DNA of 64,000 nucleotides, taken from IMG/VR virus record IMGVR_UViG_3300050581_000016, positions 12,299 through 76,298 of that record, one strand, 5' to 3'. The stretch comes from a virus (lineage: Duplodnaviria; Caudoviricetes). This document shows, piece after piece, positions 19,254 through 29,289 of this stretch. Made by a program: the position numbers and the translations under genes. The notes under the pieces are model-generated. The model was not told the origin of the DNA, made no database searches, and was given only the letters and a program-made list of their open reading frames with translations. Every line of letters starts with the position of its first letter. The first letter of the stretch is position 1.

Positions 19254-19568
19254 GTGGGTCAGAACCTCATGAACAGCGCTCACAAGGCAACGTCCCAGGC
19301 ATACCGGGACGGCTATGACCGCATCTTCGGAGGCGGCGAGATCATGGAGAACGAAGTGCCGAACCCCAGCGGCTTTCACCTGGTTCCCCTGGCGTCCTTC
19401 CCAGACTGCTGCCAGATTTGCAAGCACCTCCGGTGGGAAGAGGAGGGCGCGTTCTGTGCGGACGAGATCGACGATGAGGACGCGATTTACGATCATGACG
19501 TCGCCCTGGCAATGGTTTGCAGGCGCTTTGAGCGCATCGAGAAGTGGTCGCAGATGGGGAGCGCCTAG
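19254..19568 (+). CDS. Cys-rich hypothetical protein
   Basis: GTG start after GGAGG; CCQICKH. Confidence 0.6.
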   Translation: MGQNLMNSAHKATSQAYRDGYDRIFGGGEIMENEVPNPSGFHLVPLASFPDCCQICKHLRWEEEGAFCADEIDDEDAIYDHDVALAMVCRRFERIEKWSQMGSA

Positions 19569-19614
19569 TCAACGGCACGCTTCCTGCACTTCATAGGTGA
19601 AGGGAGTGGTGAAC

Positions 19615-19884
19615 ATGAAGTACCGGCTGAAAGAAGACAAAGAGTTGGTCGTGCTGGATTGCAGTATCGACTACGGGCACCCCGAGTGCTTTCAGTCCGG
19701 TACTGAGTTCACCGAGATCGCGGCTTGCAGGAGCAACCGCTATCGGATTCTGGGCCTGGGCACGAAGCGGGTCTATGTGCCCGAGTCCACCTTGAGCACG
19801 GCCTTTGAGGCGGTCTGGGAAGAAACGAAAAGCACTACGGCACCCTGGAGGACGGCAGATGAACCTGAAGCTATTGAGGATTAA
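19615..19884 (+). CDS. hypothetical protein
   Basis: ORF filling the gap before sbcC. Confidence 0.5.
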   Translation: MKYRLKEDKELVVLDCSIDYGHPECFQSGTEFTEIAACRSNRYRILGLGTKRVYVPESTLSTAFEAVWEETKSTTAPWRTADEPEAIED

Positions 19885-21775
19885 GAACTTCCTTGGGATC
19901 GGGGAGTGCGAGGTGCGGTTTGACCGCACGGGCGTCACCCTGATTGAGGGCGTCAACCACGACAGCCCTTCCAGCATCAGCAACGGCGCTGGCAAGAGCA
20001 GCATCTTCGAGGCCCTGTACTGGGTCTTGTACGGCAAGACCAAGCGGGGCTTGACCGGCGACGACGTCATCAACGAGCGGGCAAAGAAAGACTGCCTGGT
20101 AGAACTCGAGTTCGACGACTACTTGATCCAGCGCTCCCGCAAGGACTCGACGAATGGGACGTCCCTTCAGTTATACCAGATGGACGGGCGCCCCAAGGGC
20201 CTGGGCGGCTGGATGGACATGACCAAGGGCACGGTGAAAGACACCCAGGCCCTCATCGAGGAGATCACGAAGTTCAGCGAGCTGACCTTCTCCAAGGTCG
20301 CCTACTTTGGCCAGGGCGACATCAAGGGCTTTGCGGGTTTGACGGACGCCGAGCTGAAGAAGGTCTTCGAGCAGGCCCTGGGGCTGACCTTCTTTTGCGA
20401 CTACCTGGAGCGGGCCAAGCAGCACCGGCAGGGCCTGGAGGGCGAGAAGAACCTCAAGGTTTCGCGCCTGGGCAACCTGGGCCGTGAGCTGGAGCACGCC
20501 CAGGAAAAGATCGCCATGTGCGAGCGCACCATTGAGGCCCACGAGCTGCGAAAGAAGGCCGACCTGGAGCGCTTGCAGACCGATCTGGAAGGCGTCACCA
20601 GCGAGCGCGACGACATCAAGGCCAATGCGGCTGATGAGGTCAAGCGGGTGCAGGCCAAGATTAAAGACCTGGAGAAGAAGGCCGCCGAGCGCAAGAAGCT
20701 CTACGACCTGGGCACCCAGCTCGACGACAAGATCGCCGACCATCATGTCAGGATCGCAGCCGTCAGAACTGAGTTCAACCTGGCTGCGAGGGAGGGCAAA
20801 CGGCTGGCCGATGAGCTGGCCAACATCGAGGCAAAGATCGGGAAGCCGTGCGGGGAGTGCGGCAAGACCTACGAGCTGGCCGATCTCTCCGACGCCAAAA
20901 CGGCCATTGAAACGAAGTTGACCGGCCTGCGGAATCGAATGGAAGACCTCGCGGCGACCCTTGCCGGGAAGGAAGAGGCCGTGGGCAAGTTCAGGAAGCT
21001 GCGCGAGCAACTGAGCGCCAAGCTGGCCGACTTCGACGGGGTCATCGGGGAGCTGGCTATGGCCAAGACCTCCCTTGACTTCTGGACGAAGGCCCAGACC
21101 GAGCGCCTGGGAGAGCTGGACAAGAAAGAGGTCGAGATCAAGGGGCGTATCGAGGCCAAGAAGGCCGACACGACGGCGGCCATCAATGACAAGAACGCCG
21201 CCGAAACGAGCCTGGTCATGATTGGGGCCGACATCGAGACGACCGGCCATGTCATTGAGCGCCTGGGCGCCGACATCGAAGTCGCCAAGATGCTGGAGGA
21301 GGCCCTGGGCAACGGCGGCCTGAAGTCCTACGTCTTTGACGCCATCACTCCTGAGCTGAACAAGCTGATCGACCGGAACATCAAGATGCTCGACGACATC
21401 GACATCGAGGTCAGCACCGTGACCAAGCTGAAAAGCGGCGAGTACCGGGAGAAGTTCAGCATCGACGTCAGGAACCAGCACGGCGCGGGTCAGTTTGCCG
21501 GGAACAGCGGCGGGGAGCAGCAGAAGGTGAACCTGGCCATAAGCCTGGCCATCAACACCCTTATCCGCACCGTTTCCGAGGGCAGCATCAATACGATCTT
21601 CTTGGATGAGTGCTTCGAGAACCTGGACGACGGGAGCAGCGAGCGTGTCATGGAGCTGGTGAGCGGCATCGAGGTTCCAAATGTGTTTTTGATTACACAT
21701 AGACAGGGAGTGAAAGACCTGGTTCCCAGCGTCCTGACCGTGGAGAAGAAGGGCGGCAGGGCAACGGTTCATTAA
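19859..21775 (+). CDS. sbcC: SbcC/Rad50-like SMC ATPase
   Basis: NGAGKSS, coiled coil with CGEC zinc hook, SGGEQQK signature, FLDECF, ITH. Confidence 0.9.
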   Translation: MNLKLLRIKNFLGIGECEVRFDRTGVTLIEGVNHDSPSSISNGAGKSSIFEALYWVLYGKTKRGLTGDDVINERAKKDCLVELEFDDYLIQRSRKDSTNGTSLQLYQMDGRPKGLGGWMDMTKGTVKDTQALIEEITKFSELTFSKVAYFGQGDIKGFAGLTDAELKKVFEQALGLTFFCDYLERAKQHRQGLEGEKNLKVSRLGNLGRELEHAQEKIAMCERTIEAHELRKKADLERLQTDLEGVTSERDDIKANAADEVKRVQAKIKDLEKKAAERKKLYDLGTQLDDKIADHHVRIAAVRTEFNLAAREGKRLADELANIEAKIGKPCGECGKTYELADLSDAKTAIETKLTGLRNRMEDLAATLAGKEEAVGKFRKLREQLSAKLADFDGVIGELAMAKTSLDFWTKAQTERLGELDKKEVEIKGRIEAKKADTTAAINDKNAAETSLVMIGADIETTGHVIERLGADIEVAKMLEEALGNGGLKSYVFDAITPELNKLIDRNIKMLDDIDIEVSTVTKLKSGEYREKFSIDVRNQHGAGQFAGNSGGEQQKVNLAISLAINTLIRTVSEGSINTIFLDECFENLDDGSSERVMELVSGIEVPNVFLITHRQGVKDLVPSVLTVEKKGGRATVH

Positions 21776-21785
21776 GGAGCGGGCC

Positions 21786-21980
21786 ATGTACGGAATCTTC
21801 AGGGTGTTCGGCATGATGTTCGGGGTGGTCGGGGCGATCTTCGGATTGTTCTTCGGGCTGGGCGGCGTGCTCCTGGTGCTGATCGGCATCCCGGCGCTTA
21901 TGGTCAACCTGGGCGCCGGTATCCTGATGATCCTGGTCGGCAGCGCCCTTATCGGAAGACAGGGAAGGAGGTATCACTGA
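21786..21980 (+). CDS. small membrane protein
   Basis: Gly-rich hydrophobic segments. Confidence 0.6.
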   Translation: MYGIFRVFGMMFGVVGAIFGLFFGLGGVLLVLIGIPALMVNLGAGILMILVGSALIGRQGRRYH

Positions 21981-22225
21981 TGGAAGAACTGCGGTCGAAG
22001 CTGATTGAAGCGCTCCAGGGATGGCTGCATGATACGGCAGGGTTTTCAGACGCACCGGAGAAGGCCCTGGTGCTGACCCTTGACCGCGAGGAGGTTGTGC
22101 AGCTTAAGACGCTCCTTGAGGTCTACACGCATTCCCAGGCCGACATCGACATGATGTGGTCGCTGGTTGAAGGCTGCCGGGAGGCCAACCGTCGATTGAG
22201 ACTGAAACTGGGAGGCAAGGAATGA
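21980..22225 (+). CDS. hypothetical protein
   Basis: Translationally coupled to its neighbours; GGAGG SD. Confidence 0.6.
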   Translation: MEELRSKLIEALQGWLHDTAGFSDAPEKALVLTLDREEVVQLKTLLEVYTHSQADIDMMWSLVEGCREANRRLRLKLGGKE

Positions 22226-22404
22226 TCTTCGAGGATGACAACGAGTTCGTCCCTGACTACGGCAAGATTCATGAGGCCATCAGGGAGAGGCGGAAGCAGG
22301 GCGTGCCGGTCAAATGGCTGGCGGCCCAGTACCACATGACCTACGCCGAGGTCACGGCGATCATCAAGGAGGGCGAGAGTGGATCGAACGATTCTGACGC
22401 TTGA
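22222..22404 (+). CDS. small HTH-like protein
   Basis: RRKQGVPVKWLAAQYHMTYAEVTAII. Confidence 0.55.
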   Translation: MIFEDDNEFVPDYGKIHEAIRERRKQGVPVKWLAAQYHMTYAEVTAIIKEGESGSNDSDA

Positions 22405-22942
22405 TGTGGGCTTCAGGGCGACCGGCTGGGCGGTCTGCGGGCCGGATGGGCCGGTGGCGTGCGGGGTGATCCGCACGGAGCCGAGCGCCAAGAAGCTCAA
22501 GGTACGCACGGCTGACGATTACAGCATCAGGGCCGCGAAAATGGCCCGTGAGCTGCACAACATCATAAGGGCCTACAATGTGGCGCGCGTCATCGGAGAG
22601 TTGCCTTCAGGGGGCGCACAAAACGCCAGAGCAATGGCCATGATGAACATGGCCACGGCGGTCGTGGCTGCGGTGGTCGAGTTGAACGAGCTGCCGAGCG
22701 AATGGGCGACCCCAGGCGACGTGAAGCTGGCCCTGTGCGGGAAGAAGAGTGCGTCCAAGGATGACATGATGAACAAGGCGCGGGCGGTCTGGGGCCATCA
22801 ATGCGAGTTCCCAGCGGTCAAGGCTGAGTTCGAGCACATCGCCGACGCATGCGGGGCCTGGTCTGCGCTCAAGTACGGTTCGATTGTGCGGGCGGTTCTG
22901 CTTGGTCAGCGGGCGGGAAAAATCGCATCGGCCTCAAAATAA
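22379..22942 (+). CDS. ruvC: RuvC-like Holliday junction resolvase
   Basis: ILTLDVGFRATGWAV, VIGE, P..VK.ALCG...A.K, EHIADA. Confidence 0.85.
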   Translation: MDRTILTLDVGFRATGWAVCGPDGPVACGVIRTEPSAKKLKVRTADDYSIRAAKMARELHNIIRAYNVARVIGELPSGGAQNARAMAMMNMATAVVAAVVELNELPSEWATPGDVKLALCGKKSASKDDMMNKARAVWGHQCEFPAVKAEFEHIADACGAWSALKYGSIVRAVLLGQRAGKIASASK

Positions 22943-23155
22943 GGTTTACCCGATAGGCCGTTTTTCGACTGTAATACCAGCGACGCAGTTATACCGAGTG
23001 GCAATGAACGAGGATCAGACAAGGAGGGCAACATGGGCGACTACTAGAAGGATGGCAGGCGGGCACCCTTTTTTTGCCCGCCTGCTATAAGTAAGGACTT
23101 AGGCTACAGTGAACTGAAATTGTTCAATAATTCCTACTGAATCGTGAGGGGATGA

Positions 23156-23392
23156 ATGAGGGGAACACAAGCGAAACGTCTTCGGCGCCTGGCCCTGACA
23201 ACGTGTGAGTCAGCCGGGATCAAGGGCAGCACCTATCAGATGGAGAACATGCACGACATTCCGGTACACGGCGTCTTCAAGGGCATGCGGGTCGTGATCG
23301 GATGGTGGCGCTGGGGAATCAGAAAAGCCAAGGGCGTTCACGGAGTCTACAAGCAGTTCAAGAAACACTTCAAGAGGGAGAAAGCGCGATGA
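23156..23392 (+). CDS. small basic hypothetical protein
   Basis: MRGTQAKRLRR...YKQFKK. Confidence 0.6.
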   Translation: MRGTQAKRLRRLALTTCESAGIKGSTYQMENMHDIPVHGVFKGMRVVIGWWRWGIRKAKGVHGVYKQFKKHFKREKAR

Positions 23393-23835
23393 GAAGAGTC
23401 TATTTCAAGGCCCTGCGACCGGATGTGGTGATGCCGGGATACAAGACGCCGGGGTCAGCGGGGTTTGACCTGGCTGCCATCGAGGACGTGTCCGTTGGCC
23501 CCTATGAGCGCAAGGTTGTCCCGACCGGATTTGCCGTGGCCCTGCCGCCCTTCTACGAGATGGAGGTACGGCCCAGGTCTGGTGTGGCGCTCAATGACGG
23601 TTTGCTGGTTCACAACGGCACCGTGGACAGCGACTACAGGGGCGAGATCGGGGTGCTCGTCTTCAACCCGTTTCACGACCGCACCCTGGTCATCCCGAAG
23701 CACGCCAGGATCGCCCAGGGCATCGTAAAGCCGGTCGAGCGCGTGATCTTCTTCCCGGTGGACGAGCTGGACGCAACCGAGCGCGGAGCGGGCGGCTACG
23801 GCAGCACTGGAGACAAGGAGGCTGTCAATGGGTAA
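23389..23835 (+). CDS. dut: trimeric dUTPase
   Basis: AGFDL, RPRSG, GTVDSDYRGEI, RIAQ, RGAGGYGSTG. Confidence 0.95.
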   Translation: MRRVYFKALRPDVVMPGYKTPGSAGFDLAAIEDVSVGPYERKVVPTGFAVALPPFYEMEVRPRSGVALNDGLLVHNGTVDSDYRGEIGVLVFNPFHDRTLVIPKHARIAQGIVKPVERVIFFPVDELDATERGAGGYGSTGDKEAVNG

Positions 23836-24285
23836 GCAACTGGCGGTCTACCTGTGCGGCCCCATCGAGGGCATCACCCTGGAAGAGGCGACGGCCTGGC
23901 GCGACAAGGCCAGCAAGCGGCTCGAAGGGATGGGCGCCAAGGTCTACGACCCCATGAAGGGGAAGCACAACATCGTGCCGTCCCCGGCAAAACGATCTGG
24001 TATCCCGACTACAACCCCGACCTTGAGCACCTGACCAAGCCGGATGCCATCTACTACAAAGACCTGTTCACCCTTGAGCACTCCGACGTTCTACTGGTCA
24101 ACCTGAGAAGCGAGGCGGCGTGCCGGGGCACCTTCTTTGAGATCGGCTACGCCCGCGCCAAGAACAAGACCGTCATTGTGGTCAGTGACAACGACGTCGT
24201 GACCAGGCATCCCTTTGTTAGGATGAGCGCCGTCGTCTACTGCTCCATGAGCGAGGCCCTTGACTTGATCGCAACCATGCTGTGA
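23828..24285 (+). pseudogene. nucleoside 2-deoxyribosyltransferase-like protein split by a frameshift near 23982-23992
   Basis: N-terminal half VYLCGPI..WRD..VYDP in one frame; C-terminal half D..LVNL..GTFFEIGYA..K.VIVV in the -1 frame. Confidence 0.7.
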
Positions 24286-24295
24286 GGAGAACACG

Positions 24296-24583
24296 ATGAT
24301 CCGAGTGAGTGATTTCGAGAAGAAGCCCTGCGCCTGCCCCAAGGCCGACGAATGCACGCCCAGCGAACAGGCCGAACTCCAGGCCCTGGACACCCTGGTC
24401 AACAACTTCGCCGAGGCCATGAAGGCCCAGCTCCGCAAGAAATACTACGAGGGGAAGCGGGATTGGGACAAGCCGGTCTACGCCAACGGCATGATGGATG
24501 CCCTGGAAGACCGCGCCTCTGAAGGCAAGTGGGTGGACGTGGCGAACTTCGCGGCGATGCTTTGGAACTTCGAGCAGGAATAG
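24296..24583 (+). CDS. hypothetical protein
   Basis: GGAG SD; DVANFAAMLW phage-type motif. Confidence 0.65.
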   Translation: MIRVSDFEKKPCACPKADECTPSEQAELQALDTLVNNFAEAMKAQLRKKYYEGKRDWDKPVYANGMMDALEDRASEGKWVDVANFAAMLWNFEQE

Positions 24584-24593
24584 GAGGCTGGCG

Positions 24594-26495
24594 TTGGGAT
24601 TTGAAACACCGTTTCAAGAGTTCGTGTATCTCCGGTCATACAGCCGGTGGCTCGAAAACGAGCAGCGGCGGGAGACATGGCCGGAAACCGTGGGGCGCTA
24701 CTCCGACTTCATGGTGAAGCGCGTGCCCTCAGACCATCACGTTGATTTCCTGGAAGCCTGCACGGCCATCGAGGACTCCCAGGTGATGCCGTCCATGCGT
24801 GCGCTCTGGGCGGCGGGCAAGGCCCTGGAGCGCGAGAACCTGGCGGCCTACAACTGCACCTATACCGTCATCAACAGCCCGAAAGTTTTTGCCGAGATTC
24901 TTTACATCCTTATGAACGGATGCGGCGTGGGATTCAGCGTGGAGCGCCAGTACATCAACCGGCTGCCCCAGGTGCCCGACCGGCTGGAAGAGTCCGATGA
25001 AGAGATCGTGTTCGAGGATTCCAAGCTGGGCTGGGCCGAGGGCTACTACCGCTTCATCCGGGGCCTCTACGCCGGGAAGGTCTACAGGTGCAACCTGGAC
25101 AAGATCAGGCCCAGGGGCGCACGGCTCAAGACCTTTGGCGGCAGGGCGAGCGGCCCCGAACCTTTGAGGCAGCTCATTGACTTCACCGGCAAGGTCTTCA
25201 AGCAGGCCGAGGGGCGAAAGTTGAACTCGGTCGAGTGCTACGACATCGCCTGCTACGTCGCAAACATCGTCGTGGTCGGCGGCGTGCGGCGAAGCGCGAC
25301 CATCAGCCTGAGCAACCTGAGCGACCGGAGAATGGCCAACGCCAAGACCGGCGAGTTCTGGGCAAGCCATCCCCAGCGGCAGCTCAGCAACAACTCCGTG
25401 GCCTACACGGAGAAGCCCGACTGCACCACGTTCCTTGAGGAATGGCTGAACCTGGCCAAGAGCAAGTCCGGTGAGCGGGGCATCTTCAACCGGGAGGCGG
25501 CCAAGCTCTGGGCGTCCACCGTGGGGCGCCGCGATCCCGAAGGCGACTACGGGATCAACCCGTGCGGCGAGATTCTCCTGCTCCCCGAAGAGGGCTGCAA
25601 CCTGACCGAGGCCGTGGTGAGGCCCGACGACACCCTGGAAATCCTTTCGGCCAAGGTGAGGATGGCCACGATCCTGGGCATGGTGCAGTCCACCCTGACC
25701 AAGTTCGGCTTTGTCGGGAAGGGCTGGAGCAGGAACATGGAGCGCGAGCGCCTCCTGGGCGTCAGCCTGACGGGCCTGCGCGATCACCCCATCCTTGGGC
25801 GCATGAGCCGACCCCACGAGCTGGAGCGCTGGTTGAGCTACCTCAAGGTGCAGGCCGTCGAAACGGCGAGGGAGTGGTCGGAAGTCCTGGGCGTGAGCAT
25901 GCCTGCCGCCGTCACCTGTATCAAGCCGTCAGGCACGGTGAGCACCCTGGTCGGGGCATCGAGCGGCCTGCACCCCAGGCATGCACCGTATTATCTGAGG
26001 CGGGTCAGGGTGAGCAACAACGACCCCATCGCCCAGCTCCTGATGCAGGCCGGGGTTCCGCACTATCCCGAAGTCGGCCAGACCTACGACAACATGACCA
26101 CGACCGTCTTTGAGTTCCCGGTGAAAAGCCCTGAGAACAGCGTGTTCAGGGACAACGTGAGTGCCATCGACCAGCTCGAATACTTCCTGATGGTCAAGAA
26201 GCACTGGTGCGAGCACAACCCCAGCACGACCATCTACGTCAAGGAGGACGAGTGGTTCGAGGTCGGCAACTGGGTCTACAGGCACTGGGACATGATCTGC
26301 GGCGTGACCTTCCTGCCCTATGACGGCGGCGTCTACCAGCTCGCCCCATACGAAGAGATCACCGAGGAGCAGTACGAGAAGGCCGTGGCGGCGTTCCCCA
26401 GCATCAACTTTGAAGGGCTGGAGTGGCTGGAGAGCACGGACAACACGGAAGGGGCACGGGAGTTTGCGTGCGTGTCAGGGGCCTGCGAGATATGA
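24594..26495 (+). CDS. nrdJ: class II (adenosylcobalamin-dependent) ribonucleotide reductase
   Basis: RTYSR-like YLRSYSR, PSMRALW, NCTY, GGVRRSA, NPCGEI, IKPSGT, C-terminal CVSGACE; no beta subunit seen. Confidence 0.9.
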   Translation: MGFETPFQEFVYLRSYSRWLENEQRRETWPETVGRYSDFMVKRVPSDHHVDFLEACTAIEDSQVMPSMRALWAAGKALERENLAAYNCTYTVINSPKVFAEILYILMNGCGVGFSVERQYINRLPQVPDRLEESDEEIVFEDSKLGWAEGYYRFIRGLYAGKVYRCNLDKIRPRGARLKTFGGRASGPEPLRQLIDFTGKVFKQAEGRKLNSVECYDIACYVANIVVVGGVRRSATISLSNLSDRRMANAKTGEFWASHPQRQLSNNSVAYTEKPDCTTFLEEWLNLAKSKSGERGIFNREAAKLWASTVGRRDPEGDYGINPCGEILLLPEEGCNLTEAVVRPDDTLEILSAKVRMATILGMVQSTLTKFGFVGKGWSRNMERERLLGVSLTGLRDHPILGRMSRPHELERWLSYLKVQAVETAREWSEVLGVSMPAAVTCIKPSGTVSTLVGASSGLHPRHAPYYLRRVRVSNNDPIAQLLMQAGVPHYPEVGQTYDNMTTTVFEFPVKSPENSVFRDNVSAIDQLEYFLMVKKHWCEHNPSTTIYVKEDEWFEVGNWVYRHWDMICGVTFLPYDGGVYQLAPYEEITEEQYEKAVAAFPSINFEGLEWLESTDNTEGAREFACVSGACEI

Positions 26496-26598
26496 CCCCT
26501 TGAAAGAGTGAGGGCGGGAACATCCCGCCCTCGACGGCTAAGAAACAAACCCCAACGACGGGGCATCTGAATGCTAACCCCAAGTGAAAGGGCTGTCA

Positions 26599-27882
26599 AT
26601 GCGGAAGACCTTTGTGCTCGACACCAACGTCCTGCTCCACGACGACGAGGCTCTTTTGGCCTTCGAGGAGAACGACGTCTGCCTGCCCATCACCGTGCTG
26701 GAGGAGCTGGACGGCATCAAGAAAGGCCCTGGCGAGCTGGCGCGGAACGCCCGCCATGTCTCCAAGTTCATTGACCGGCTCAGAAGCCGGGGCAGTCTGG
26801 CAGACGGAGTGCCCCTGGGCGAGGGCCGTGGCAAGCTGCGGATCGCCGCCGAGAACGTGACCTTCAATTTCGCTGGCCTCAAGAACAGCAACGACAACTA
26901 CATCCTGGGTGTGACCCTGCGCCTGGCCGACGAGCAGAAGGCGTGGTCGGCCCCTGGCCGGGAAGTGATCCTGGTCACGAAGGACATCAACCTTCGCATC
27001 AAGGCCGACGTCATGGGCGTCAAGGCCCAGGACTATCTGAACCAGAGGGCGAGCGGCGTGTCCGGTTGCATCAAGGACTACTCCATCGGAAGGGACGTCG
27101 TTGACCGCCTCTACATGGAGCCTGGCTTCGCAATTCGGGCCGAGGACTTCAAAGAGAACGACTGCGTGATAGTGCGGGCGCATGATGACAGCTCAACGGC
27201 CATGACGCGCTTCCAGCGGGGCGTCCTTCGCCTGGTCAAGCCCAGGTCGGAAATCCAGGGCATCACGCCCAGGAACGCCGAGCAGCGCTTCCTGGTGGAG
27301 CTGCTGACCGACCCCAACCTGGACATGGTGATCGTGAACGGGGTCGCCGGGAGCGGCAAGACGCTTCTCTCCCTGGCGGCTGGCCTGGAGTGGATCGAGA
27401 ACCTCAAAAAGGGGCGCCGCATTCTCATCACCAAGGTCATCGAGGCCGTGGGCAACGACATCGGGTTTCTGCCGGGGAACAAGCTGGAGAAGATGATGGA
27501 GTGGGTCAGGCCCTTCCTCGACAACCTGGAGCTGCTCATGGACGAGGAGTACGCCGATCAGTACATCGAGCGGGGCAGGATCGAGATCGACGCCCTGACC
27601 TACATGCGGGGCCGGTCATTGATGAACCGCTTTGTCATCATCGACGAAACCCAGAACCTCCCGCCAAAGACGCTGAAGACTCTAGTCAGCCGGATCGCGG
27701 ACGGGAGTAAGCTGGTGATCCTGGGCGACCTCCAGCAGATCGACAACCCCTATCTGGATTCAAGGAACTGCGGGCTGGCCTACGTCATGGACAAGATGGC
27801 GGGCTTGCCCAACGTGGGCGTGCTCAGCATGGCGAAGGGAGAGCGCGGGCGCCTGGCCAGGCTGGCCGTCGAGCGCCTCTAA
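26599..27882 (+). CDS. phoH: PIN-PhoH protein
   Basis: FVLDTNVLLHD PIN domain, GVAGSGKT, MRGRS, IIDETQN, GD.QQID. Confidence 0.9.
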   Translation: MRKTFVLDTNVLLHDDEALLAFEENDVCLPITVLEELDGIKKGPGELARNARHVSKFIDRLRSRGSLADGVPLGEGRGKLRIAAENVTFNFAGLKNSNDNYILGVTLRLADEQKAWSAPGREVILVTKDINLRIKADVMGVKAQDYLNQRASGVSGCIKDYSIGRDVVDRLYMEPGFAIRAEDFKENDCVIVRAHDDSSTAMTRFQRGVLRLVKPRSEIQGITPRNAEQRFLVELLTDPNLDMVIVNGVAGSGKTLLSLAAGLEWIENLKKGRRILITKVIEAVGNDIGFLPGNKLEKMMEWVRPFLDNLELLMDEEYADQYIERGRIEIDALTYMRGRSLMNRFVIIDETQNLPPKTLKTLVSRIADGSKLVILGDLQQIDNPYLDSRNCGLAYVMDKMAGLPNVGVLSMAKGERGRLARLAVERL

Positions 27883-28495
27883 ATTGTATCCGGGTCTGCC
27901 AGCTTTATATTGGCAGACCCGGATACAGGATTGCAGTGGACTAGCTGATGATTTTTGTTGCGATGTTTTTTCATGGCCTGCTTCACGCCATCCATGTTGA
28001 ATTGAAGATCGTAGTTGATAAGCCTTGGCCACATGAGCCCGCTTTGGATTTCGACAACAATGGCCGAGTCGCATTGTGGCCGCAAGACCGCAAATGTGGT
28101 TTGTGCAGGACTGCACTTGAACATCATGTTTCGGAATAATGGCGATGGGACGAAGCGGCTGTCTTCAAGGACGGAGCCCAGATTGACGCTTCCAATGGAT
28201 AGGCGGCGATCCCGGTTTGGTTTGTGTGGATTTAATTTGAAGTGAGTGTAGGGGTCGCCGAGCTGGAGCGGGACACCATTTTCAAGCCATTCGTATAGCT
28301 CTTTTTTAGGTTGAAAAAGGTCAAGATTGAAGCTGATGAGGAACGCTTCGTACATTCCAACGATTGCATAGTGGGAGTGGTTGTTTTCAATTGTGATGAA
28401 GGTGTTCCAAAAGAAAATGGACGCTCGGAAATCGTGCAGGCTGATAATTTCCGGGTTGATTACAGAAAATTGGACTGTCTCTAGCCCTGAAGCAT
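27879..28495 (-). CDS. lower-GC orphan gene in opposite orientation, probably frameshifted near its start
   Basis: ORF 27879..28355 continues open upstream; GGAGG plus ATG at 28495 joins it if GGG (28485-28487) gains one base. Confidence 0.45.
27885..27927. terminator. 17 bp perfect hairpin, probably a bidirectional terminator
   Basis: TGTATCCGGGTCTGCCA-9 nt-TGGCAGACCCGGATACA between convergent genes. Confidence 0.75.
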
Positions 28496-28619
28496 AGTCC
28501 GATTTCCTCCTCTGTTGTGGTTATTGATTAAAATGATCGTTACCTATACGCCAGCAACATCAAATAGTCAACTGATTTTGATAGGTAAGTGCTTAACTAC
28601 TTTGTGAAAGGAGAAAACA

Positions 28620-29264
28620 ATGCACTTGAAAGACACCTTATCTGTTGAATTAATTGGACATACCGACCTCGACGTGGCCATTACGGCCATGCGAAAATGT
28701 TGGGCCTCCGAGGACAAGACCGACACTTGCTGGAGGATTCAGAATGACCAAGTGGTCATGATACTTGGCGATAACGACCGGCGTTTGATCCAGCGGATCA
28801 TCGAGAGCGACCATACCAGCACCGTTGAGCATATTGTCTATAATTTCGAGATCAAGGATATAAGCAGGGCTATTCTTCAGGAGCTGGCGCGTCATCGGAT
28901 TGCAAGTCTGTCTGTGCAAAGCACGCGATATGCTCTGAAGAAGCTCCTGAACGGGGAGGTGGAGCTGGAAAGCCTCCTGGTTCCGAGCGGCAACGACCAC
29001 ATTGACAGGCTCAATATCGAGATGCTGTACCGGCTGCGAAGCGTTGCCAGGAATTTCGATCTCCCAAACGACATCGCCAAGTACGGCATCCCGGAAGCCT
29101 TCAAGACGACGCTTATCTGGACGGCCAACGCACGAAGCCTTCGGAACTTCCTGAAGCTGCGGTCGTCAAAACGGGCGCACCCTGAGATCAGGCGCCTGGC
29201 CCATGCCGTCTATGGCGCCCTGCCTGAAGATCACCGTCTTATTTTTGACGGCTGCATGAATTAA
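28620..29264 (+). CDS. thyX: flavin-dependent thymidylate synthase
   Basis: H.S.VEH, SRAILQELARHRIASLSVQSTRY, NARSLRNFLKLR...A..EIR. Confidence 0.95.
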   Translation: MHLKDTLSVELIGHTDLDVAITAMRKCWASEDKTDTCWRIQNDQVVMILGDNDRRLIQRIIESDHTSTVEHIVYNFEIKDISRAILQELARHRIASLSVQSTRYALKKLLNGEVELESLLVPSGNDHIDRLNIEMLYRLRSVARNFDLPNDIAKYGIPEAFKTTLIWTANARSLRNFLKLRSSKRAHPEIRRLAHAVYGALPEDHRLIFDGCMN

Positions 29265-29289
29265 GCACTTAATAGAAAGGAGAGCCAGA

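Noticed and set aside
23000-23090. Mini-ORF MGDY* with SD as a leader peptide or attenuator
   Set aside because: Only a terminator-like hairpin follows and no alternative structure is evident; evidence is insufficient
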